A DNA stretch of 63,579 nucleotides, filler included, from Choristocarpus tenellus KU-1152 (taxonomy: Eukaryota; Protista; Phaeophyceae): NCBI GenBank assembly GCA_964200185.2. It is 9 parts of 9 records of this genome, joined end to end, with 100 filler letters (N's around TTAATTAATTAA, not from the genome) between each part and the next. Parts side by side here need not be neighbours in the genome. Positions count along the whole stretch, not along the records: positions 1 to 5,144 come from CAXNAD020011729.1; positions 5,245 to 27,848 come from CAXNAD020000283.1; 7 more parts are not named here. The stretch is one strand, 5' to 3'. Both the position numbers and the translations under genes were made by a program. Every line of letters starts with the position of its first letter. Positions within the stretch are counted from its first letter, which is position 1. The notes under the pieces were generated by a model, which worked only from the letters and a program-made list of their open reading frames with translations, did not search any database and was not told the DNA's origin. This document shows positions 1 to 9,190 of this stretch, piece by piece.

Positions 1-1
1 G

Positions 2-2365
2 GTGGGGGGGGGGGGGGGGGGGAACGGGGAAAGAGAGAATGTTGGAGGATTTGCGGCTCCCTCTGCATCCCAAGCAGAGGAGGAGAAGAGAGCAGTGGAT
101 GTGAAGAAGAATGAGAACAAGGTGGATAACGGACCAGGAGGTTGTATAAGACCCATGCACCATTCCCACCGACAAAAGGACAAAAGGGATGGTAGCAGCA
201 GTAATAGTTGCAGGAGCAGTGTGGGTGTGGTGGGTGTGGTGGGTGTGGTGTGCCGCTTCTGCAACCTTTTATTTCAAGAAGAAAAAGGTCCAAAAGGGCT
301 TGATGCACATGAGGGATACTGCGGGGCGCGGACGGAAATGTGCGAAGTTTGTGGTGGGTACGTTTCCAGGCGTGACAAGAATACGCACAGCCTGCCTGGA
401 GGTGCCTGTGATGCCACTCTGGGTGCAGCGGTGGCAGCAGAATGTGCAAACATCGACAATTATCAAGGACGTGGCAGTACTCGAGTCTGCAGGGAGGAGC
501 ACAAGGAGGTTTCTTTAATCCAAAGCAGTGGGAGAGGTGCAGAGATGATGCCACTTGAAGCCAAGGACTATGTGGATGCCCTTCTAGAGGAGGCTAAGCG
601 GTCTTCTAAGGAGGCATCGGCAGCTCTTGATGAAATTTGTGCCAAGAATGCAGCCCGTCTAGAGGGAGAAGAGACAGTAACAGAAAATGACAGAAATTCA
701 GAAGCAAGGAATGTAGGTGTAATAATGACAACACAAGAGAGGCTGCAATCATGGTTGACTAGAGGTGGGAATGCTAGCATAGGAGGCGGGGGAAAGGGCC
801 AAGGTAGGCTAAGGGATGGGGACCAAGCGGATCCAAGCCCGCCAGCTAGTACTCTGAAAGAAGCATGGCCAGTGTTTGAGTATGGGAGAGCAGAAACGGC
901 TGCAATACTTCAGGAAGCCATGACGGCCACGGAACATTCCCAAGGTAAACGTGGGTGGTGTCCGTGCCATGGATGTGGAGGGATACTTCCTGATATGGAG
1001 CAGCTACAGGTGCACATGCTCACTGATTGTCCTGCACTACACATGCTCACTGATTGTCCTGCACTAGTGACAGCCATTGCGGGAGGGAGGAAACGGGGCT
1101 CCTCTGAGGGGTCCATTAGGAATAGTGACAAGGAAAATGTCCTTGATGAGTCTAACTATAGATCGGTACGCACATCTGGAGCCTTAAGGGAGGATGGCGA
1201 CTTAAAGAAATTGTTACAGCTCACAGCCACCAAACCCACAGTGGAGGTCAGCTCGTGGTTGGGTGCTGCAAGGGTTAAGGATGGAGAGAAGGAGCATGGT
1301 GAAGAAGCAGAGTGGTCATGTATTCAATGTACCCTACTCAATGTGGGAACAACCAAATTCTGCAATGCCTGTGGTCTTCTCAGGCCACGAGATGTGCCAA
1401 GTGGACTCAAGAGTAGGGATAAGAGTAAGGATGAGACGTTGGGTACTTCCAAGGACAATGCAAAGGGAGTATGCATTTCGCCTACCTCAGAGGACAAAAT
1501 CTTCTGTTACGAACCCAACCCAGAGAGAACGGAAAACTCGACACATCCCTCATCATGTATGCCTTCACCCACCACCGATATCTCCTCCTCCACCTCCTCC
1601 TCTCCTCTGGTCCTGCCCCAGCAGGCACCTTTCCGCCCAAACAATCCCCAGACCCTCTACTGGGGTTCAGCTCAGAGAACACTGAGATCTACCCGTGAGA
1701 CCAATGCTGAAAGGGAAGAAGGTACAGCGGGGATCTCCTCCACCTCTAGAGATCCTATTCTGTCAGTGCGTGCTCCCAACAATCCTACACAACAGCTCGC
1801 CAGTCTCCACCCCAAAGCAACACCAAGCGCAAGTACTTCCTCCCATACTGTTACCATTAATTCCACCAATAGAACTTTCCCGATGGGCCAAGCTTCACAA
1901 ATAGACCCTTGGCCAACACGTACACCAGTCTTGAAACATCAGTGGAAGTCCTCAACCCCTCATTGCCTCCAGCAAGACCCAACCTCATTAAGACCAACAG
2001 CAGTAGCGAGTGGGGGGGGACTTCCTGCTTGCCGGAGCCTCCGCCTGGATGGGATATCTGCATTTGCTGGCTCTAACAAGGGGTCATGTCTGGGTAAAGA
2101 ACGGCAGCCACCTGTCGGCAGCAAACAAAGAGCCCCAGTCTGGGGGCCTACAGTCGAGAAAAGATTAGATGGGGTAATCCGGCATCATGGGGACAGCAGT
2201 GGAAGCAAAGGGAGAAGTAGGTGTAGATCTAGTGGCAGGGAGAGGGTAGAGGGAGATCATGGAGAAGGGCTGGCCGATATTGCTGTTGTAGAGGAGCTTC
2301 AAGGGTGTGTGAGTATTTCACAGGCAACCTTAGAGGTGACTGAAGTAGGTATTGGGATAGTATGA
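2..2365 (+). CDS. Large terminal exon (5'-truncated) of a zinc-finger protein: TRAF-type (TRAFD1/XAF1-like) fingers, a RanBP2/NZF finger and a long disordered tail
   Basis: 787-codon open frame from the window edge to TGA. Motifs CRFCNL...HEGYCGARTEMCEVCGGYVSRRDKNTH (TRAF-type), CPCHGC...HMLTDC, and WSCIQCTLLNVGTTKFCNAC (W-x-C-x2-C-x3-N-x6-C-x2-C, RanBP2-type). The true start is upstream of the window. Confidence 0.75.
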   Translation: MGGGGGGNGERENVGGFAAPSASQAEEEKRAVDVKKNENKVDNGPGGCIRPMHHSHRQKDKRDGSSSNSCRSSVGVVGVVGVVCRFCNLLFQEEKGPKGLDAHEGYCGARTEMCEVCGGYVSRRDKNTHSLPGGACDATLGAAVAAECANIDNYQGRGSTRVCREEHKEVSLIQSSGRGAEMMPLEAKDYVDALLEEAKRSSKEASAALDEICAKNAARLEGEETVTENDRNSEARNVGVIMTTQERLQSWLTRGGNASIGGGGKGQGRLRDGDQADPSPPASTLKEAWPVFEYGRAETAAILQEAMTATEHSQGKRGWCPCHGCGGILPDMEQLQVHMLTDCPALHMLTDCPALVTAIAGGRKRGSSEGSIRNSDKENVLDESNYRSVRTSGALREDGDLKKLLQLTATKPTVEVSSWLGAARVKDGEKEHGEEAEWSCIQCTLLNVGTTKFCNACGLLRPRDVPSGLKSRDKSKDETLGTSKDNAKGVCISPTSEDKIFCYEPNPERTENSTHPSSCMPSPTTDISSSTSSSPLVLPQQAPFRPNNPQTLYWGSAQRTLRSTRETNAEREEGTAGISSTSRDPILSVRAPNNPTQQLASLHPKATPSASTSSHTVTINSTNRTFPMGQASQIDPWPTRTPVLKHQWKSSTPHCLQQDPTSLRPTAVASGGGLPACRSLRLDGISAFAGSNKGSCLGKERQPPVGSKQRAPVWGPTVEKRLDGVIRHHGDSSGSKGRSRCRSSGRERVEGDHGEGLADIAVVEELQGCVSISQATLEVTEVGIGIV
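1013..1066 (+). repeat. In-frame 27-bp tandem duplication (HMLTDCPAL x2)
   Basis: cacatgctcactgattgtcctgcacta occurs twice, at 1013-1039 and 1040-1066. Confidence 0.95.
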
Positions 2366-3847
2366 AATGTTTGGAGTGCGGTTTCTGTTGCATCCGTTTC
2401 TTTCTTGTCTCTTCTCCTTACAGTGTTGTTATCCAGGAGAAGTTTCCATGGCGTTTATTATTTGCAGGCAGTATCTCAGCTGGTTGCATGCTACGTATCT
2501 TTGGAGTGCTATGGTACAGAGTTGAACCAACTGATGACATCACACCCTTAATATGAAAACTAATTATACTACCCCGGAACAGTTTTACTTGAAGTTGCAA
2601 GAAGAGTATGTCAGCAAGGTCATATGACAGATTCAACTGTGAACCCACCGCAATATCTACATAAAACTAGGAACACTTCAGAGTGCATGTCTGTTGGTTA
2701 GCTAGCAGAATGCGCTTATGCAAATCCAAAGGAGACCCTTTAGGCCAACATAACCTAAACTATTTTTTCTGTGCAGCTCAGCCCTGAAGATTCATTTTCT
2801 TTCCTGGGTCAAAAAATGTGTGTGTATATGTGTGTGTGATATTTCAAATATTCTTCTCCTGGCACCACATAAATGAGCCAGTTGACGACAGCTCTTGTGT
2901 GTGTATATATTTTGGTACCAGTACATATTTACTTCTATATATTGGCCATTTGGATTGATCACGACCCTTCTTCAGTACCTACAATAGTTAGTAGTAAGGT
3001 GTGAAAATAGGTCGAAGCACCCTTACCATTCTTTGTTGTTGATATCCAGCTCAAGGATCTGGCGGTGGTATTTACTGCATGCTAAGACAACAAAACGACC
3101 TTCTCCCTGTAGGTTGTGGCCTGAGAAAGTTGCTATTTTACAGATTGCGCAGCAGCAGCACTACTTGCGCAGGATGGGCTTGGTACATGCACTCTTAGAA
3201 ATATCTATGAATTAATGGAAATCACTTGGGCTATGCATTTTTCAAGTGTATTATAGTCATTCCTTTGCCTTCCTGCACCTTACCCTTGTTCCTCCTAACA
3301 CATGCAGTTCGGTCCCCTTCGATCACAAGGATGGACTATGCAGTAATCAATGCCCTTGCTAAGGAGCCTCTGACTAAAATTGCTGTCAGCTTGGTTATGA
3401 GTGAACGAGGATGGCTTACAAGATGCATGCCACTTCCAGGCAGCATGTGCTCTGTACATTGCTCTTTGCATGAGTCCACTCAATTGGTGGAAGTCATCAG
3501 ATACGGACTTCTTTTTTTTGCAAGTTACCCTTATGTGCGTCCTACCCTGTTGCTAACCCTTGCTGTTCCTCTGTATCTCTATGGCAATCTTCACCATCGT
3601 TTGTGGGGTTCTCGCCAGTCAACACCTGTCAGAGCCCATTTCAATAGATACCAACAAGGAAGAAATCCGTTGGGATGCAAACACACAAGTCAACGACTTG
3701 GCAGCCATCAAAAGACAGTAATCGCACAACTTTGATTCTTGTGGAGTCAAGATCATTTATGACCTAATTCCAGCACAGTAATATCTTGATTCAGTCTTTG
3801 AACCCACAGTTTTGCCTGAATTGAAACTGTCATATCAAAAGGAAACA

Positions 3848-4105
3848 GAGTGAAAGTATCTCGCAGGGTATAAGTTTTGCCCTGTTTGTCCATTTTGGGG
3901 CTTGCCTTCCCATGTTTTTTTTGTAACATTTTCCTACTCCAAAATGTTTCGGAGTAGGTAAAATGTATACATTGTGAAAAGTTGTGTCCAGAACAAGGAT
4001 ACTGACACTTCCTAACAAACATAATAGACAAAATTACATCAAAATCGCAACATTGGATTTGACCCCCAAATGGACGCGGCCCTACCCTCTAAGATACTTT
4101 GGTTC
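3848..4105. mobile_element. MITE family B (~258 bp)
   Basis: Imperfect TIRs gagtgaaagtatc / gatactttggttc. Reverse-complement homolog at 43227-43484, partial copy at 4179-4249, degenerate copy at ~24140-24350. Confidence 0.8.
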
Positions 4106-4249
4106 CACAGCAGGTACTACATGGGTGTAATAGCCACCATCAATGTACATTGAATTGGAGGTAGGCACACCCTGACAAGTGAAAATATCTTAGAGGGTAC
4201 GAGATTTTCCCTGTTAGTCCATTTGGGGCTTGCCTTCCCATGGGGGTTT

Positions 4250-4433
4250 GACCCAAAGTATCTGGGAGGGGGGGGTGGGTCTACACCAGGTTGTCCATTT
4301 GGGGCATTATCAGGAAAAGTGCATTCATTTATAGTAACCATCCGACGTATGCAACCAAATCACCCAAAAATCGCGACATGAAAAAGTTAGCCTCAAATGG
4401 ACAGTCACCACTCCCTCCCAGATACTTTGAGTC
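4250..4433. mobile_element. MITE family A (~180 bp), abutting a truncated family B copy (4179-4249)
   Basis: TIRs gacccaaagtatctgggaggg / ccctcccagatactttgagtc. The body aligns with 22770-22950. Confidence 0.85.
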
Positions 4434-4904
4434 TTGATCATCTACACTCAAAGCGACCATCTGACATGTTTCATGCAAGGGCATGAGTTGGATCAGAGGG
4501 GGATCTGTGGAGTAAATCTAGTATCAGTTTGGGTGAGGTTAGAAGAAAAACAAACATAGAACTAGCGTGATCTCCATCGTGACAAAAAAAGTCTCCCATT
4601 AAGGATTCAAGAACAGCCCAAAGTGCATCTTGCCAACGTATTCCTCAGAAGAGCATCACAGTCAAATGAAAACCTCAACTGCTAGATAGCCCTACAAGAC
4701 TTGCTCCTCACAGTCACAGACTGTGTGATGATAGACACCATGAACTGTCCTTATTGCAGCAATTAGCTCCCATATTTCACACTGCCCCTGCCCCCTTCTC
4801 CCTCCAACTGCACTCAATGCCCCAAACACCACCACAACAATCAAGACAACCAGATCAAACAAGTAGAAGCAGTGTATTTCAAACATAAAAATAGTCGCAA
4901 ACAC

Positions 4905-5068
4905 CTTGTGTCCAGGTTGAGGCTAGTCAATCCTGTCAACTGAGCCACTGGACCCAGCCCAAGATCACTGATGTTGCAGAAGAATAGGTTCAGCCAACGT
5001 AAACGCTTCAGGGGGTACAGACCCACCAGACCTGCATTAGTGACTCCAGTGTCTGACAAGTTGAGAAC
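4905..5068 (-). CDS. Internal exon of a leucine-rich-repeat protein (F-box/LRR or AMN1-like repeats)
   Basis: AG/GT-bounded exon encoding VLNLSDTGVTNAGLVGLYPLKRLRWLNLFFCNISDLGLGPVAQLTGLTSLNLDT, i.e. ~24-aa LxxLxL repeats. The upstream part of the gene is lost at the contig end. Confidence 0.75.
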
Positions 5069-5144
5069 CTGTGAAGATACAGAAGCCCCCCCCCACCCCC
5101 CCCCCCCCCCCCCCCCCCCCCCCCACCCCCCCCCCACCCCAATC

Positions 5145-5244
5145 NNNNNNNNNNNNNNNNNNNNNNNNNNNNNNNNNNNNNNNNNNNNTTAATTAATTAA
5201 NNNNNNNNNNNNNNNNNNNNNNNNNNNNNNNNNNNNNNNNNNNN
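5145..5244. other. Artificial contig-joining spacer N44-TTAATTAATTAA-N44
   Basis: Identical 100-nt spacers, with stops in all six frames, also lie at 27849-27948, 34626-34725, 38001-38100, 44181-44280, 50759-50858, 56197-56296 and 58911-59010. Confidence 0.97.
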
Positions 5245-7270
5245 CTCCCGGATACTTTGGGTCTCATCAATAGCCGGACCTTCATCAAACCGTTCACCGA
5301 GGTAATCTACTCATGGTTGGCCTGTTGTAGGATTGATTCCCTCATTGCCAAAAACCACCCAATATTACCCTTGTGATCCTCGCCCTGACTAGACCTCTAT
5401 AGAGGACCTTATTTTCGGCACAGACAAAATACAATAAAGTACAAAATAGTGTAGCACCCACCCGCGACTGTACTACAGTGGCTCCCATGGGCGACCTCGA
5501 AATTTTCTGAGGACCTAACGGCTCCATCTACACAATTTATTTTCGGATATGCACGTAGTAGCAGTAATGCTACAGCATAGAAATTTGGATGGTGATTTCT
5601 CCTGGGTTGGGGAATTTACTGTTGTCGGTCTTTGAGCATGGTGATAATGACAATATAACAACTGCAAAGTTAATATTACTTCTAGGAAGGAGGAGCGGTG
5701 ATCCGCTAGTCGGGCATTTCTGTGCAGGACAATGTGTTCGATGCTGCAAATCCCCTCTTTTTTAGACCCATCTCATATTGCTGGGAAAGGAATAGCGTTG
5801 ATTGAGAATTTGACTGGATGAAGTGTTGGATTAAAGATCTCTGTGTGATGATTGCCAATGCACGCCTAAATAGAGTAGCACTACCTCAGTCAAAGTTGAA
5901 GTCCGTACAGGCAATACCTATACCGAGTTGCCAGAGTAGAAGAGAGGACATATATAAATGAAAATATGGTTTCGGTGGGGCATTTGACCACTGGGGTATA
6001 TTGGGGAGATAGACTTTACAAGCGTCGGTATATTTTCACTAACGGCAACCATCAAAGAGGCAGTGCTGACGGCCTGACGCATGCCGTACAGCAGGAAGAG
6101 GTTATTGCCCTGAGTTTGGTGTCGTTATGTTTGCCCAGAGGTAATGCAGAGATTGCAAACGATCAGACATTTGTAAGTGCGCTAGAGTTTCGCTATGGAG
6201 GGCCAGGACAGTGTGGGTAAGGGTGCTCTGGATAGGATACAGACCTGCTGAAGGAGATACAAAGATTATGATGAAAATGGATAACCGATCATCATCAGCA
6301 CAAAGGATAACTGATGCCATGGGAGGGAAGCAGAAAACAGGACAAGGGACGAAATGAGATCCCAGGTCCCCAACATCCACTGAGAAAATAAAATGACGTA
6401 CTCAGATTATATAACAATAATCATCCAAGAACCGAAAAACATGTATTAATTAAGGATTGAGAATGTTACAGCAAATAGATGACATACCCAGGTGGAATAG
6501 AATGGAGACGCTAGATAAGCCGTAAACTTAAACGATAAAGTCCGTGGTGCTCCAGCAGGAGGTACAGGTAGAACCATATATGAGGAAAATATGTATTCCA
6601 TCATCTCGCAAGAGTTCTGTCCAAAGTAGGGGTGTAAGGCTGCACATTGGAGGCTTACAAACGAGAATGGGACATGGGGAAGGACTCAGGAAAAAAAGAG
6701 GGACAGTGTTTGTGCTGAAGGAGGGGGGGTACAGTGCGGTTTATGAACTCTTGGCGTTTGAGCCTTGGCACATTGGTGGCTGCAGGGCATTTATTATTAT
6801 TGTTTTGTGTGTGTCTGTGGGGGTTCTCAGACGTAGGGAAGGGAAAGGGGTAAAAGGGGGCGAATAAAATTTGTATGATCTCCTACAGGCATCGGTGAGA
6901 ATCAAGTGCAGATTAATATTACGGGTTCCAAATGTTGGCATGCCTTCAAGAGTGGGTCGATCAGTCTGTCACAGGCGATATGTCTTGATGGTGGTTTCAT
7001 AAACACCAGTATGACATTGAAGTTCTAGATTTGATATATTTGTATTTCTTGATTATTTATTTATTACTTGGTCATTATGGTCCCCGATTGTGATACAACA
7101 TCGTTGATCAGTTCCTTTTTATACGATATTGACGATAATCAGAGTGAGAGATCCAGCATACTTGACGACTTGTGCATCAGGAGTCCTACACGTACATCAG
7201 CATCATCTACACGACCGTAGATTGGAGCTATACATCCTGTGGAGGTAAGTTTTCTGGGACGCCTGTAACA

Positions 7271-7289
7271 TGGAGGTCCTACCGAGATT
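7271..7289 (+). promoter_or_regulatory. Primer-binding site, tRNA-Gln-like
   Basis: TGGAGGTCCTACCGAGATT is the reverse complement of AATCTCGGTAGGACCT-CCA, which resembles the 3' end of eukaryotic tRNA-Gln. It abuts the LTR terminal CA. Confidence 0.75.
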
Positions 7290-7825
7290 GTAGGTCTAAC
7301 CGAGACTCTTCGAACTGGAGGGAATATTCGTCTGTTCACCTCAACATTTAGGATTCCTTGCTTGTTCTACATGGATCGTTTTCTTGTTCCACCTGGATTC
7401 CTTCCTTGTTCCATCTGGGTTCGTGGGCTTCATTTGTCGTCTATGGGATTCCCTCCTTGGACTCATCGTCTTCATGGGTCTGATGGCTTCTGTGGCTCTG
7501 TGGAATCGCCCCTCTCTACCTGTAAAAGAGTGGCCTCTGATCGCCACATATTCCACCTATAGTCGTAAACGAGTGGTTTTCGACCACCATAGTGTAGACG
7601 TTGCCTAGGTAGTTCTCCCTTGTCCTTCGTATTGTCCCGTTGTTTAGTATAGCGCATTTCTTCTTCCCCGTCATGCACCTTGCACTAGTCCGAATGCTTT
7701 TATATACAGCTTGTGTTTACATTCACGTCCCTGCCTTTCTTCAATCCCGTAATTATTGCAGGAGAATCATTTTTCCGCTTTTCTTCGTGTCCAATTGCTT
7801 TGAATGATTGCAAGAAAACTGGCAG

Positions 7826-7930
7826 AGTCGGAACAGAATCGGAACGGAGTCGGAACGGAGTCGGAACTGGAGTCCCTAGGTCGCAAAAAAACTCGCAGAG
7901 TGGGAACGGAGTCGGAACAGAGTCCGAACT
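7826..7930. repeat. Clustered 11-bp repeats (GAGTCGGAACG-like) inside the LTR element
   Basis: About seven degenerate copies in two clusters separated by ccctaggtcgcaaaaaaactcgc. Confidence 0.85.
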
Positions 7931-8214
7931 AGAGCCCCTATGTCGCCATGTGGCAATCAATACATGCTGCCGCAGCACGATTCGAGGTGATAGATGATAT
8001 TTTTTGTCCTGACCCGTGATAATCGCCTGTGGTAAGCGTGAAACATGTATTCCTAGTTCACGCTGGGGGGCATGTTACAGGCGAATAGCATGTCTGCCTT
8101 TTCGCACTCTAACCAGTGTGAAAAGTCTTGCTATGGCTTGTAGATTTTTATGTTATTGCTAGGCATTTTGTCCGTGTTTGTCGAGAGATAATTCTTGTGT
8201 CTTGTACTTGTTTG

Positions 8215-9190
8215 TGTTGATAGTTCTGAAGCAGGAGAGTCTTGCTGTGACACTCCCTATTTTGATGATACTGTAAGACGCTTGTCTTGTTTGTTTGTAT
8301 GTTCATAGTTCCTAGAGAAGGTAAGCCTTTCCATGGCAGCACCCTACCTCAATGCGACTGTGAGGAAATTGTGTTGGTGTCCTATAGTTGTTTGTGTTTA
8401 GTTCTGAAGGGGGAGAGTCTATGACAACACCCTATTTCAGTGCTATTGTAATTTTGCATCCATATTAATTTGTGTTGATATTTGTGAGGGGGGAGAGTCT
8501 TACTATGAAGCTCCCTATTTTTCTGAGTATTTTGATTGTATGTTCTTTGTTTATGGGTTGAGCAAGCCTTTATATGGCAGGACCTTGTTTTTGCTTGTGA
8601 CTGTGAGACATCTTGGTGTCCAATAATTCGTGTTTATAGCTGCGAAGGGGGACAGTCTAAGCAGTACCCTATTTCAGTGCTATTGTAATTTTGTGCCAGT
8701 ATTTATTTTTGCTGATAGTTGTGAAGAGGGAGAGACTTGCTGAAATGCTCTCTATTGTTATTTTTTTTTGTAAGATGTTTGAATATTTTGGTAATATTCA
8801 TAGTTCCTAGCAAGGGTAAGCCTTTCCATGACAGCACCCAATCTCCTTTGTGACTGTGAGTCATGGTCTCTTAGTGTCCTGTCGTTTCTGTGTTTTAGTT
8901 CTGAAAGGGGAGAGTCCATGGCAATACTCAAGTTCAGTGCTACTATGGTTTTGTGTCTGTATTTGTGTTTGTTTAATCTTGGAAGGGGTGGAGTCTTTTT
9001 AGACAGTACCCTACTTTTGACGTGTGTATGAGACTCTGGTGTAGAAGCTTTTCTAGCATGGCAAATACCCAAGTTCAGTGTTACTATGGTTTTGTGTCAG
9101 TATTTATGTTTGTTTATCTTGGAAGGGGTGGGGTCTTTTTAGACAGTACCCTACGTTTGACGTGTGTACGAGAATCTGGTGTAGGAGTTT
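8215..9190. repeat. Degenerate tandem array: ~80-bp monomers grouped into ~250-bp trimers, ending in a ~140-bp duplication
   Basis: The motif TAGTTCTGAAGGGGGAGAGTC...CCCTATTT recurs. Sub-types repeat at ~8221/8479/8716, ~8306/8550/8801 and ~8399/8637/8896. 8921-9044 is nearly repeated at 9061-9184. Confidence 0.75.

Noticed and set aside
3026-3735. 169-aa plus-strand ORF and possible further minus-strand exons of the LRR gene
   Set aside because: No recognisable motif, and splice phase could not be linked confidently to the LRR exon.
7271-7289. tRNA gene
   Set aside because: Only a 19-nt complement of a tRNA 3' end including CCA, which is a PBS; no cloverleaf.
8215-9190. CRISPR-like array
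   Set aside because: The repeats are highly degenerate, the intervening parts are themselves repeated rather than unique spacers, and there are no cas genes in this eukaryotic context.
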